Positions 13,331 through 26,524 of a DNA stretch of 64,000 nt are shown piece by piece. The DNA lies in NCBI GenBank assembly GCA_965153455.1, contig OZ234493.1:34524213-34588212 (forward strand), read 5' to 3'. This DNA comes from Sphagnum compactum. Its lineage: Eukaryota. The translations under genes were made by a program, and so were the position numbers. The stretch's first letter is position 1, and each line of letters starts with the position of its first letter. The notes beneath the pieces were generated by a model, which was not told where the DNA came from, made no database searches, and saw only the letters and a program-made list of their open reading frames with translations.

Positions 13331-14229
13331 TTGTGTTCTTATTTTATGTGTGTTGTCCCACTCTTCTTCTTAATCCTACCCCCCCCTTTTCCCCCATCTT
13401 CACTTTCTAATGGATCCATGGTTTGTTATAACCTTGTTGCAACACAAGCCCTAAATTTTTGCCAAACCATTGCCCTTGCCCTAACTACCTTTTGAACCTC
13501 TAATGTAAACCCAAAATTGCACCTTTAAACCTTAGAAGGTGGTTTTTGAAACCAACAAAATTTCTATGAAATTTAACCCTTGCCTCTTTTACTAAAGTTG
13601 CAAACCAAACATTGTTAAAACTTGTTTTGGCATGTTTTCTACTAGCCTTTGAATTTCTCAACCACAATGAATGAATCAACAATTAACATAACCTTCTTTT
13701 GTTCTTTCTTTTTTCATCTTTGTTCTTTAATTATTTTTACTACCTCTTTGTCTAAGCTTTTTGTTGTAGAATCTTTGGAATACTTATTATATCTGACTAT
13801 GTGTGTTCATTATATTCTACTAATGGTTATTTTAAATTTATTTTCCTTGTAGGTAGATGTGATAAGGGCAAAAAATTGGCTAAATACAAAGGAATTTGAG
13901 TTTCATTCCTAGAATTACAAACATCACAAGTGCAACTAAATCCATCTAGGTCAATTGGTAGGTTAGAAGTAGCTTCCATAGGTTTAATTTCTTTTATAAT
14001 AGTATGTGGATTCAATGGCATTTCCACATAATATTTCAAATTTATTAACTCTTGGTTAGCAAACTAAAATTATGTTCTTACATCATCTTGAATAGTTGTT
14101 ATGTTCATTAATTATGTGACAATTCCATCTTTTTCCATTGTTGATTTTCATCAATTATTCCATTAGGGATTTCATTTATTTCATTTGAAATGTTAACATG
14201 TTTTACTATGTATGCATCACTTGGTTATG

Positions 14230-15860
14230 TCCTATAATCCATGGCCTTGGGATTGAATGCCCAAATTCTAAATTGCTTTAAACCCATCCATAATGTTTTG
14301 AAAGGTTTGAAATTAACTCACATTTAAAGGCTTTAGATCATGGGAAGTGTGGGAAGGTAAGGTGACCATATTTAGCCCAAATTATTGTGCTTGTTCTATG
14401 GCTTCTAATGTAGCATGTGAACCATGTCTGTTTAAAACCAATAGATGCCAAATTAATGGAGAAATGCCCCCTATAATTGGCCTTTTAAAAAATGAACGGA
14501 ATTCCTTGAATAGGAAAGTTGTCATCCATTCTTTTGTTTGCATTGTCATGCATGATTTGCAGTGTTTGATATAATCATTTTTAATCCTTTCATTCATGAA
14601 AATGTAAAATTCAAGTAAGGAGTCCCCTTTTGCAATCATAACACAATTTACTATCACCTATTCCCTAGATTTGGGAATGTTGTTGTAAACTTGATGTGAG
14701 CCCTTTCTTGCTAGAACCTTTGCCCTAGATAGTCACCCTACTTGAGGGTAGGTGCACAAATGGGTGGACCAATTTAGGTGTCACGTAAATTACATTTGCC
14801 TTGTGGTTGCCATTGTAATGCCCATGTTACTTTATAGATCTTGAAATTTATTAAATTGAACTTGTTTTAAAAATCTTAACTTGAATATCTACATGACCCA
14901 TAAAATCATTTCAAAAAATTTTAAAAATCATAAAAGCCATGAACTTTTTGAATTCAAAACTCATGGATTATACCTTTGACTGCCATTTTTTTGTGGACTA
15001 TGATACGGTCCATTGATTGATGGGGTGTGTACTAGGGACTTGAAATGATTAAAATATCATAATAAGGAAACTAAGGGTCGAAACAAAATTAATTGAATTC
15101 TAGGATTATACTTATGATCTTTTGAATGGGCTAATTATGAGCATTTTTTTATAAGTCCATATCATATTGGAGGAAGAGGAGTTTTATGGTATTTTTGTAT
15201 CATGTTTAAAGAAAGAGAAAATCTAGATGAGACATTAATGACATGGAAAAAATATGGAGGAAATCAATGTAAACTAGTTGTAATTTCCAAAATCTGATTA
15301 GGATTTTGAATTGATAAGGACTTTGGATCCGTGGCAAATTGGTCCACCCATTTGTGCAACTACCCTTGAATCCCTATATCATTTGGATTCTAAATGTGGT
15401 TAGTTATATACTTGTGTTCAATGTAAAATGTTTGCAAATTCTAATAAAACCTACTACACAACTAACTTGTTAAACCTTGTGCCTAATAAATTTCAAGTCC
15501 TTTTGTAAGTTGGATGTTTGACTTTGGATGTCGACACTTAAAACAATACCACCAACTATTTCCAAATAATCCATCTTTGAAGGGGGTAGGTTTAGTTTGA
15601 GTAAGTTTTGCCACTATTGCAAGGTAGTGGAAAGTTTTAAATCTTACATACCCAAACCCAAGACACAAATGTTTTATCCTCGTCATTATTAACACACCTT
15701 GTAGGCCTATCTTCTTCAACTTTGTCTTGCCATTTAAGTGATGAAAGAAAGGTGATGGATATGTGCCAAAACTTGCTTGTTTTCTTCAAAAAGGCATGAC
15801 CTCTTTCCACTACATCCATTGCTTCTTCCAAGGCCTCAATGGTCCATCTTCCTCACTAGG
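14230..15860 (-). mobile_element. Decayed pogo/Tigger-like (HTH_psq/CENP-B + DDE_1) transposase, split by a MITE
   Basis: Minus-strand remnants: GRWTIEALEEAMDVVERG (psq HTH), WWYCFKCRHP, GIQVG..VLARKGS, WMTTFLFKEF, HLLVLNRHGSH, LNMVTLPSHTSH. Confidence 0.82.
14746..15365. mobile_element. MITE (620 bp) with ~29-bp TIRs and a 4-bp TSD (TTGA)
   Basis: Left GGGTAGGTGCACAAATGGGTGGACCAATTT; right AAATTGGTCCACCCATTTGTGCAACTACCC. TTGA at 14742-14745 and 15366-15369. Removing the element restores transposase codons G-I-Q-V-G. Confidence 0.88.
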
Positions 15861-16751
15861 TTAAAGCAAGAACCTTGTTATTTGTGCTAATTTTTTTCCT
15901 TCTTTGCTTGTGTTGCTTTTGTAGGTGGAATGTTTTTCATATTTACTATTGTTAATTTTTATAATCTAGAGGTATATTAAACATCATGGCAACCCTTTGC
16001 TTCTTGGCCTTAGATTGCAACAACTTAGTGGTGTTTGGTTGGGACCTATAAAAGGTATGAAGTTCAGCCTCTTATAAGAATCCCAAGACTTCAAAAAATG
16101 TGTTAATTTTAGGTAATTGAAAAGTGCATGACTTTCCAATGCATCATTAAAATAAATTATTGCGTAAAAATTTGTAAAATCATAACACGCTAAATTGACA
16201 TTTGTGGTTGATGTCTAGGCCATAAGTGTGTATTTCAAACTTTGATTGCTTGCAATATGCAAAAAATTGTTATTACCAAATCTCCTTAAATTCCTTGCTA
16301 CTCTTGGGATTACAAGTATTTGAATCCAATGATAATGTAGATACTTATTGTACTTCTCATGGTAAAGTTGATTTACACAACTTTCTATTTCTACAACTAA
16401 TGTTTGTGTAGGTTGACCTAGGTTTTCAGCTTTGTACTCACAATCTTGTGAATTGGCTCCTAAATTAACATGTCCTTCCCTTCTGTTGATTATAAATTTG
16501 TTTTCCTTTTGTTTACATTCCCTCTCAACACTTTAATTTAGGACAAAGAAGTTTTAAAAAACACTGACGTTCATTTAGATGTTTTAAGATTCTTGAAACA
16601 ATTGTAAAGGATCTTGAAAAGGATGAAAGGTAATTCAAGTTCATGTAACATGTAACTTTTCTAGTTGAATTGGCGATTCAAATGCATGCTTTGGTGCAAA
16701 TCCAATGTGTTTGCAATGGGGGGTGGTTGCATGCCCGTTAGGGCCAAATGT

Positions 16752-16865
16752 CACTATGAGAAAATTGTGTCCATTGCAACTTGTCCATTGTAACTAAAAA
16801 ATGTTTGATAGAACTAGATTACAACTAGATAGCCTAGTTGCAACGGACATGATTTTCTCATAGTG
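16752..16865. mobile_element. Miniature CACTA (En/Spm) element, 114 bp
   Basis: CACTATGAGAAAAT...ATTTTCTCATAGTG termini, subterminal TTGCAACT repeats, 3-bp TSD TGT (16749-51 and 16866-68). Confidence 0.88.
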
Positions 16866-19096
16866 TGTGTTTTGTGTTTCCACAAGAAAATGTTGTTGTA
16901 CATTGCACTTAGAAGATTGAATGTACCCGACACCCAAAATCTTGTAATCCAACATTACATCATCCCCATTATCAAACAAATCTTAAGTGTGAAGTGGTTT
17001 GAAATTTTCCCCATAATGGGCTACTTTACACTTATGACCAAACACTTTCCATATAAGGTTGGGCAACAATGTTTTTTAGAAGTGTAAGGAATGCCTCCCA
17101 TCACCAAACACATAATTTTATATTTGAGATTAAAAGACACCCAAATAATCTAAATTTATCCTATGGTTGAACACAAAACAATCTGGCTAGGTAAGAGCTA
17201 TTAAAAACCGACTACAAATTTTCACACCCACAGTTCGATCATGGGGTGCGCTAGCCAATGTAATCAGGCTTCATTGACTGCCCTATGTTTGAACTCTTCC
17301 TCTGATCAATCACTGGCTTGTGTTTGGTGATGGGTGTGCTTGCCCTAATCCTTTTTCCTAGTCTGGCATATCAGATTCCTCCTAGCATATCAGATTTTCC
17401 TTATCATGCCTTTTTCTAAGCTCTTTGAGGGACCAAGGTCCCACCAGTTAAATTAGACCAGCTCCAACGGTGCTTAGTATGTGACCCAGCAAAATTATTT
17501 CTCACATCCAAGTTTAGTGATTTTCTTTTTTCAACCCCACCCATAAAACTAAAACCAGGACTGCAACTGCAAATAGGTGGGAACTACTAATAGCAGACGA
17601 CCTAGGCCAATCATATGGTTGGCCAATCGGAAATAGGGAGCAGCAGTCACATCACATTTATGAGGCTCTACTCTGCATTTTACTAAAAGCTCAGAATAAT
17701 ATGGAAAAATGTTAGGCCAAAAACCATTTTGCTGAGCCAAAACGGCATATTTAAGCAATGACCAGAAGAGACACAACTTTCAAGCCTAGCTTCTCATGCC
17801 ATGTTAGACCTATTTTAGATGGGGCTCCAGGGTCCAAATTCCTAGAACCAATTTGGACTCATTTGAAGCAAATTGAATCCCACCCACTTTAGATACCATT
17901 GTTGCAACAGTGGTATCTTTGACTGAAGTGGATTTCAGGTATAGGCAATAATGGGATTGCTAGGGATGGTGAATTGACTCTGTTGGTGTGGCATGAGATG
18001 GACGCACCCAAGAAACAATCCCAAACTGGGTGGCTTGGTCATGTCGGGTATAATCTACCAGTAAGTTCATTGCTTAGGATTCCTTTCTTAAAATCTGGAT
18101 GATAGTGGAGGCAAGTGTGAAGATTGAAGAATACAAATGCTTATCTTTGCATGCCCAGCAAGTGGACATTAGTGCTCACCTGGATTTGCAATGCATGTTT
18201 TCATGACTCAATGCTTTTGGTCATTTGCTTTGGGTCTCATTCTTGCTCTAGAACTTTAATGCCTAGTCTCTACTGGAAGTTCAATTATGTTATTGGCTTT
18301 ATTTCGGCACTTCCTCACTTGAACATGGAGCATCTAAGCTTAGAGATGAATGTCACAAAGCATGCAACAGAACTTAGCACGAGGTGGGCATTTGTGTGAG
18401 CATTTCAGAAATTTGCAAATCACTTAGACACAGTTGGAGAAAGAGAAGGATAATTTGCACCGGGCTATTCAATGTACACAGAGTTGTCCTCTCCATTGTA
18501 TTTACATGATCTAGTGGTTTGTGCCCCAATCAACTTCTCTGAAACCCATTTTGAGTAGGCTAGTTTTTCATGGGCCATTGTGCCGAATTACCCATCTAAT
18601 TTTGTAATTCTTGCCAGATTCAACCTCATGAGTTCCATGTCTGTGGCACACTCGGTAGGTTACTTGCAAGTCCAAGCAGGTTTCAGACATCTACATTCTG
18701 GAGAGGTGTGTCTAGACAAGCAAGAGTTCATGAATTACAAGCAAGCTAGTCATGTTTTCATGTTCACACACTGAATCCAGTTGTATCTCCACAATGCCTA
18801 TTGTGTGGGGTTAATGTCCTATGAGATTGTGGGAGAAATTAACACATAAGCCTCCATACCTGTCACCTGTACCAAACCATGTTAAGATGTAAGCTGAAAG
18901 GTTGAATGGGAAGTTTGCAACTTTTCTACAAGAAACCATAAAAAATGACCTTTCATACATGAGAAAATAACTACCTTGTTATCAGAGCAGCTACAATTCT
19001 ACTAGATGAGTCTTATACCCCGCCAATTTGCTGAAGAAACAAGACAACTTCAGAACCCTAAAGTGAGAATCTGCCCATCTTGCATCAGCTTCTTTA

Positions 19097-22000
19097 CTAA
19101 TTTGTGTCCATGCAATTCAGGGGATTCAAGACAGAAAGCACAGAAGATCCACTGTACCTTAGAAGGGGTGTCTCCAAGGCCCGGAACATCGGTATGGTTG
19201 GTCCTATTGAGAGAGCTTTTTGCCTCCGCTCCACACTTTGGCCCCATGTTACAAATAAGAGGCCAGAAAGAATCAAAGTTGTGCCAATCAGGCTGCCCAA
19301 CAACCCCCAACAGAGCAAAAGAGTGAAACATCAGAGCAAAGAGATCATTGTAGGATGTATAAGTCTTCTAAGATTTGAAGATCTGCCAGTCACCCACCTG
19401 TTTGCTGACTTCCAAAAACATGGAAGCTCCCATGTATGCATGATTGTCTACCACAAGTATATATCAAAGTTGAGGGAAATTACCAGCCTAGAAAAAGAGA
19501 TTCACCAAGAATGAAGGTCCCAAAAATTGATGCCAGTATAGGCATCACTGGGGCATATGCCGCCACAAAAATTGGTCCCCGATTATGAATAGACCAGCAT
19601 TTCAGCACATTGTTCATGCCTGATATTATCAAGCCCTGCAATTCCCTTCCAGATTTTCATTTACGAAACTTCTGCCAAACAGTGTGTGTGAAAGACAACT
19701 CTGTAGTTAAAACATTTCAACCACATATGGTCTCATATCAGCTTTAGTCCACCCATTTGTTACTGAAGAATTCTATTAACCCAACAATCGTTGGAATTAT
19801 GAAACAACAAGCAAATTAGCTGGATCATTCTATCAGCCAAAATGGAAACATGGTAATCAACTCTACATTTGGGAAACACAGTAGCAAACATTGGATAATG
19901 GTTTGGAAAGGGAGATACCCCATAAGCAGCAGCCAGAAACTCTGATACATGATGAAAACCCCATTCTGATTGTTCTTGAACTGTGTAATAACATATAATA
20001 ACCATCAATAGGAACCCTGTAAATGTCATCCCTGCTATCACAGTTATTGGTGCTGGAAATCTAGCCATAGTTGCACTCTGCCATGATCACAATTTCTCAT
20101 CAGAGGCAACAATTTTGCCTGTTGTGTGTTAGAAGAAAACCAGCAAACCTTGGCCGTGAAACACAATGTAAACTAATTAAGAAAGTTTCCTAACCACGGA
20201 GGCCACTTACAACTTTCTGTGCATTACTAATGCTTTGCTCATGTAATGCTCATTTTGTATCCATGCACCCACTCTTGATGCAAACATGATATATAGACTC
20301 AGGTTACACTAGTGCAATTTGGCCCTCATATGTGACTTCCACTTTCATGCTAAAAAATAATTGGGCCATATGACTTTATTGTCAGGATTCATGTCCCAAC
20401 TTTGGACCTAACACGATCATTTTAGTGTGCGGAAAATCACCACATGTGCTCTTGCTCATTTGAATTAAAACCCTAATTCTGCTGAAAATCATTAAATTTC
20501 TTTATTCAAATGCTGTAAAATAGTGGCGTCCTTCCTAATGTAGATGATAATTCATCTCACAATCAGAAAAAACATTTACCTTTAAGTTAGTCTCGATGCC
20601 AATAGTGAGAGACTGAAGGATAAGACAAAGACCTCCAAGGGTCCATTTATCGATACCCCACCCTTCAAGCCCCATAAGGAGGTCTCCCATAAGAAGTTTA
20701 CTTGGTAACATATTTGATGGAATTGTTTTCGATGCCAAACCTTTAAATATGATGGGTCCCTTGTATATAGACATGAGGAGTGCCCCCAACACGCAAAATA
20801 CTATGCCCAAAATTTTGGCCTGCCCATCCCGCTGCCTATATCTAACCTCCTCTGTCCTGAAAAATGTTCAATAATCCTGTAAATCCTATGCATTTTGTGG
20901 GTTCTCCTAGTAATTCATTGGGACAGCAAAACTCCATGTCAAATATGAAATCGAACATTTGTAGAAAACAAACAAGTACACACAATTCTGCACAAGATAA
21001 TTTAACAAGATCCTGGAACAAAAACAATGCCTAGATTATTGGTTATCTCACAATCCAAAACTTCAAGGAAATTTATACGTTCTATTTGTACATGGGAAAC
21101 TTATGTCGGGAACTTGCAAATAACATGGCTTACAAAGGGAGCTGTTGAAGTTACCTGAATGTGGCAGCGATTAATAGCACAGAAACTGGAGAACAGTTTA
21201 GCATGGCTGATGCGAAGAAAGTGCTTGTGTTTTCTAGACCAACCAAAAACAACGCTTGCTCCAAAAAACCCCTGATCCCCAAAATTTATTGCAACAAGAT
21301 TTACAATCCCCATATTAGGGTGTAGCCTGTATTCAAGGACCCAGACTGTCCAGAGGGCAGAATTAGAATCACATTCAGAAGAGCAGAAAAATTTGGAGTC
21401 TCATATGCTTTGCACCTACCCTAAAACCTGAACTTGAATTTATGCTCAAAATATTCCATATAGGGTACACAACAGTGACCCAGAATGATCTAACACAAAA
21501 AAACCATGAATGCTCACAATCTGAGTTTCAGCTGGGCCTTAAAGATACACAACCCCAACTTTACTAGCTCCTTACAACTCAGAAAATTTAGATGTAACAA
21601 AGAACCAGTGTGTGGCAATTTTCACTTGTAATCAGAAACCAAAAAGCAAATAATCAGCTACAATGGTAACTGTCCTATTTTCTTTGGTATGATATTATGC
21701 AATGAGGCAGATGTCGAGCACTGCATATGGTGCTTGGAATCTGCAATTCATATTTAGCTTAAGACCATGAAGAAAGAGACACTTGCACAAGATTGGCTGT
21801 GCTAGGAACAAGAATAAATATTGCTCGCAAATAATCCCAATGTGAAAGCACAAGACTTGAGAGGAGGACCGGGATTCTAACATGTTGATCACACTTACCC
21901 AAAAACTCCTATGATAAGGATTAAGCCCAGGACAAGGACTGAACATCTCGGCCGCAATTTCCTGCACACGTAACCGCCATCAGAAACAAAGATTTCCAAA

Positions 22001-22444
22001 AGAGCTCAGCATCGCCTACACAAATAAATTAGTTTTCTCCCAGAATTGGGAAGTGGGGAAGTAGGTCTTCGTTTCATCGATGCATTAGACGAGTGATCCG
22101 TCAGCTCAGAAGCATGATCTCACACATAGACCTTTTCCTAAGCTGAGAACTAGAATGGTTATTAACAAGTGCAGCAGCTTTGCAAGAAGCTGAAATTGCG
22201 TGCTCCTCGGGGCGTCAAGTCTTGCTTACATCTCAGCGAAGAACGCCAAGGGCGCGAGAATGCAAAAAGCAATTCCGTCCCTGTAGGCGCAGAAAACGAG
22301 GACGTTGACGCCTGCATTGAGTGCGGCCTTGGAGAGCACGAGATAACCGACGGCACCGAACGACACTGCCAACATAACAGCGTGTGCCTTGGGTGCGGGA
22401 ACCCGCCGCCGCTGCTGCTGCTGCTCTTCTTCTCGAATTGCCAT
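19097..22444 (-). CDS. WAT1-related / UMAMIT (nodulin MtN21, double EamA) transporter, 7 exons, ~392 aa
   Basis: Exons (minus): 22444-22230, 21961-21899, 21271-21155, 20856-20580, 20077-19919, 19635-19484, 19292-19097. All introns are GT-AG. Total 1179 nt, in frame. Motifs LSKAALNAG..VFCAYR, SAMLNCSP, AKILG...LGALLMSIYKGP, RGPIFVAAYAP, ILGESLFLG. Confidence 0.93.
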
Positions 22445-23663
22445 CTCGACTCTCTACACAAAGAGAGCACTACCAGTGTGTTAAAAACTGGTAATTATTA
22501 ACGAAGTGCAAGTGCTAAAACAAATGCAAAAGCTCTTGCACTTCATTCCCAGTTTTTAACACAAATTTGCCAATCCCTTTCTCAAGACGACTACAGTACT
22601 ACTTACTATAATATATCCATGATGATGAAGAGAGTAGAGAGAAGACTAGTGGGTGATATGTACCTTCCAAACGTGAGTATGGGGTCTCCTTCCTCTCCAG
22701 AAAAGAAGACTAGCACCATAGTACCTAGGCTGGGTCTACAGCAAATTGCCTAATACATAACTAACTACCTTTTCACGTTTGGCAAAAATTATGTTATTTT
22801 TCAAAATGTCGAAATGCTAGAGAATTAAGGTCCTTTCCTGCTGAATTTTAAAAAAAAATATTGTTCACTGAAGCCGAAATTTCATAGCATTCTTGAGTTT
22901 TTTTAAAAAAATTTAAATTGTCGTTAAACACCCTCTAACAAGCCGTGTTTGACATCTTTTATGGGCCTGATAATGCAGCCCTATATATATATATATATAT
23001 TTATTACATCAAAAATCAAATTTTAAAACTAAAATAATTATTCAATAGCGAGATGCTGAACCTGAAAAGGCGCTACAACATATATGACACACATTTTTTT
23101 GAGTTCAATTCTGTTCGGCACTAAAACTAATAACAATTTGCAATTTGATATCTTACTAAACGGTCAAGCTAGTTATTGTGATTGAGAGTTTGATTGAGAT
23201 CTTTGGCATGCCATGGATGCATTTTGTTTTGAGAGTTTTTGACAATTTCAAAAAAAACAAATTAAAAAATTGCGTCCTAATCAGCCTAGGTACTATTGGA
23301 ACTGGGAGGAATTATGTTGCAAGATTCTTCATTTGGTCCCACTTAAAATGATGCCAACTTACCCAACTCTTATTATTATTCCACGGAAACAAGAAGACAA
23401 GAAGTGGCTTCATAATAATAAACCTAAGGCAAGGAGCCTATAGAGTCCCCAGCACATGGCATAAAGCTTGGTTAGAAATTTCTTAGTGTAATTGGAGGAT
23501 ACCTACCTTAAAAACATCACATACATTGGAGTCCACAGGAAGCAACTTCCGTTTTGAAGGAGGAAACTTATGTTTCAAAAAATAGTTTGTCAGTACAAAA
23601 CTTAAGGTAACTTCTTGTTGTTGTTTCTGCTCTTTTGCATTTCTAGCAGTGCTTTACACTCAG

Positions 23664-23916
23664 TAAGGCCCTTGGATGATGACATAATCCAAATATGAGT
23701 ATCATAAGGCCCTTGGATGACAGCATAATCCAAATATGAGTACCATAAGGCCCTTGGATGACAGCATAATCAGAATATGAGTACCATAAGGCCCTTGGAT
23801 GACGGCATAATCCAAATATGAGTACCATAAGGCCCTTGGATGACAGCATAATCCAAATATGAGTACCATTAGGCCCTTGGATGATGGCATAATCAGAATA
23901 TGTGTACCATAAGGCC
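23664..23916. repeat. Tandem repeat, 41-bp unit, ~6 copies
   Basis: TAAGGCCCTTGGATGACAGCATAATCCAAATATGAGTACCA starting at 23664, 23705, 23746 and onwards. Confidence 0.95.
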
Positions 23917-24829
23917 ATCTCTTAGGCACAAGGGTGCACCTCAAAGCATGGACGGGCCAAGAGGGCTACCTTTCTCTCGGCACCCATAATAGCGTCCTTG
24001 TGCCCTATGCACCTCAAAACATGGAAGGGCCAAGAGGGCTACCCTTCCCTTACCCAAAGCACTGGCTTTCTTTTCTTTAAAAGTCTGTCTGATGTCTCTC
24101 CCCCCTCCCCCCCACCCTGTAATCATCAAGAAGAGGACTTAGCCAAATTTGGCTACAGGTCAGAGAGGAAATTTTCACAAAATTTTCCTAGAAATTGGGT
24201 CATTTTGGGTCATTTTCTCCCAAAAGAATCCTTTGAAGATGTCATGATGGATTTTTTTTGGTCATGAAAAAATCTGCCATGAAAAAATGATTGTGACAAT
24301 GGTGTTCACAAAGTGTAGGGTAAAGCCTAAGGCCATGGGCTTTACCAAAATAGTGGTCTGTGTGAGGTGGTGCTTCCAAGGGCTTTTACCAAGTAAACAC
24401 CACATTCATATTTTTTTATTAAAAAAAAAAGGTGATACCTTATGATTTTCCATGGGTATCATGGGAAAAAATGATGCAAGGCATCTCGAAAAATGGAATG
24501 GTCACAATTATAGTTGTTTCATTTTCCAAAATGCCTCATGGGATTTTACACTTGACAATGTGCTCTCAAACTACATTAGAGAAATCCCAGCAAGTCTTTC
24601 CGGATAAAAAATACTTTGAAATATAAGGAAATGCTAGAAAGAAGTTCAAAAGGATGTGCTACACTATACAAAGTCAAATAAATATTCCAACTTGTAAGAG
24701 AGACCTTGAAATAAATATCCTTCTTGACAAGGGTTATCAAATAACAAAAGGGGCAAAATCTAATCCTTTTTAACTTGGCTTTTTTCAAAATTTGAATTAT
24801 GATTAATTTTGATTATCGTCTCATATGGA

Positions 24830-25780
24830 ACCAAATTTGCAAACCATCTATGTCATTGGACTCCCAGAGTGAAGCACAATGTTGATTTTGAATTAAAACT
24901 TCTTGGAGGTTGTTCATAGATGCAAGATGTGAGCAAAAGAGGTACATGTGCGACATGTCTTGATAACCAAGCTCTTGTGCGATGTCAACTAGAAGAGGCA
25001 TTTAAGATTCATAGATTATGCTTTCTTCATGTTCAAACTAGGAGTAGGTGCAAGGCTCACAACCCGACTAGTTGTCCTCATATTTTGCCTATGATCAACA
25101 ATATTTTCCACCACTCTTCAAATCTAACTAAAGTTCCCTCATCTATTAGTGATCGACTTTCCTCATTGCATGAGTACACAACCAATTGTTTCATTGGGCA
25201 TCCACATTTTGAGATGTGACCTGGCTATGAATGTATGGAGACACATGATGCAATGAGAGATGTTATTGCTTAAGAAGTTGATTTTCAAATGGATGTGAAA
25301 AACTTCAGATGTTGCGTTCATTTACACAACAATCTTTTCATCAACGAGTGGACATATATCCATAGATACCAGTTGCACCTTAGTCAAGGTCATCATCACA
25401 AATCCCACACATGTTAAGCTTTTACCTTAGACAAATTTGGTGTCAAACTTTGTTGTTTTAGAAATAACCCAAATAAAAGAAATGAACTATAAAAATCAAC
25501 ACCCAAGGGACCAATTCATGCCTTAAATAATTATATATTTTTTGGTTGTTTACACAAACAAGTTGATGGTTTTTTTTAAAGCTTGTACGAACAATATATT
25601 GTGATGAGAGGCTCAAAAGATTCGTCTCTTTTGGTCCTAACAACCTATGATACGAGGTTACAAAATATATAAGCCACTTCCATCCGAAGTTGAGTTGCGG
25701 TGTTATCACATCTCAACTCCCTCCATTTGTCAAGGACCCCCTACCCATCCTCACATTCGACTTATTTGTAATTAAAGGTT
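24830..25780 (+). mobile_element. Decayed 3' fragment of a CRE-like non-LTR retrotransposon (CCHC knuckle + restriction-like endonuclease)
   Basis: Broken frames: LGIHILRC....E...THDAMRD, RVDI...TLVKVIITNPT, KEMNYKNQHPRDQFMPL...IFGCLHKQVDGF. Confidence 0.65.
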
Positions 25781-26114
25781 TATGAGTACTTATGTTCTCA
25801 AAGAGTGTTGTGGTTAGTTAGGAAAGTGTGCATGATTGATTGCTCTATGCTCTTGAGTTTTGTCGCATCTAGGCTCATCCTTACATTCGAGTCCAAAGGT
25901 GTACCAGTACTTATGTACTCAATGAGTGTGTGGCTAGTTAGGTAAGTATGCATGATTGACTTGCAAAGAATTGGCTACTCATTTGTGGGGGGAAAAAAAA
26001 GGTGCTCCACTATGGAAGAAGTGGAAATGGAGAAAGAAAGGCTGTAAGTCCTATTTCAGGAGTTTCCATATTACCTCTTGATGGCAATTTAAATTTATGG
26101 AATATAAATTGCCA

Positions 26115-26491
26115 GGATATTTTGCCAAGTTCACTTTATGTTCTTTCTATGTCTACTTTGGCAAATGGCTAAATTTAATTTGCCATTTTGCTATTTGGCT
26201 ATTTTGCCAAGTTGACTTTACCACTTTGCCAAGTCCAGTTTGTCAAATCACATTGCCTAGGCTGCATTCATTCCCAAATGGCCGTTTCCACATTGCACAA
26301 GTCCGTTTCACCCTATGGACTGCCCGAATAAGCTTCAAGCTGCCCACCCATTAAAAAATTTCTAGGCTGTCCAAAATGCCTGAATTTTTTTCCAGAATTT
26401 TTTCCGTTGAAACTTCTGCCTTGAAAAATCAGATTGCCTCTTGTTTATATTATATTTTCCCACAGGCTGCCTAGCCCTCCTCACCCCTTTA

Positions 26492-26524
<33 letters not shown>

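Noticed and set aside
23664-23916. CRISPR-like array or coding ORFs 23643-23944
   Set aside because: A pure 41-bp tandem repeat; the ORFs are by-products of the repeat.
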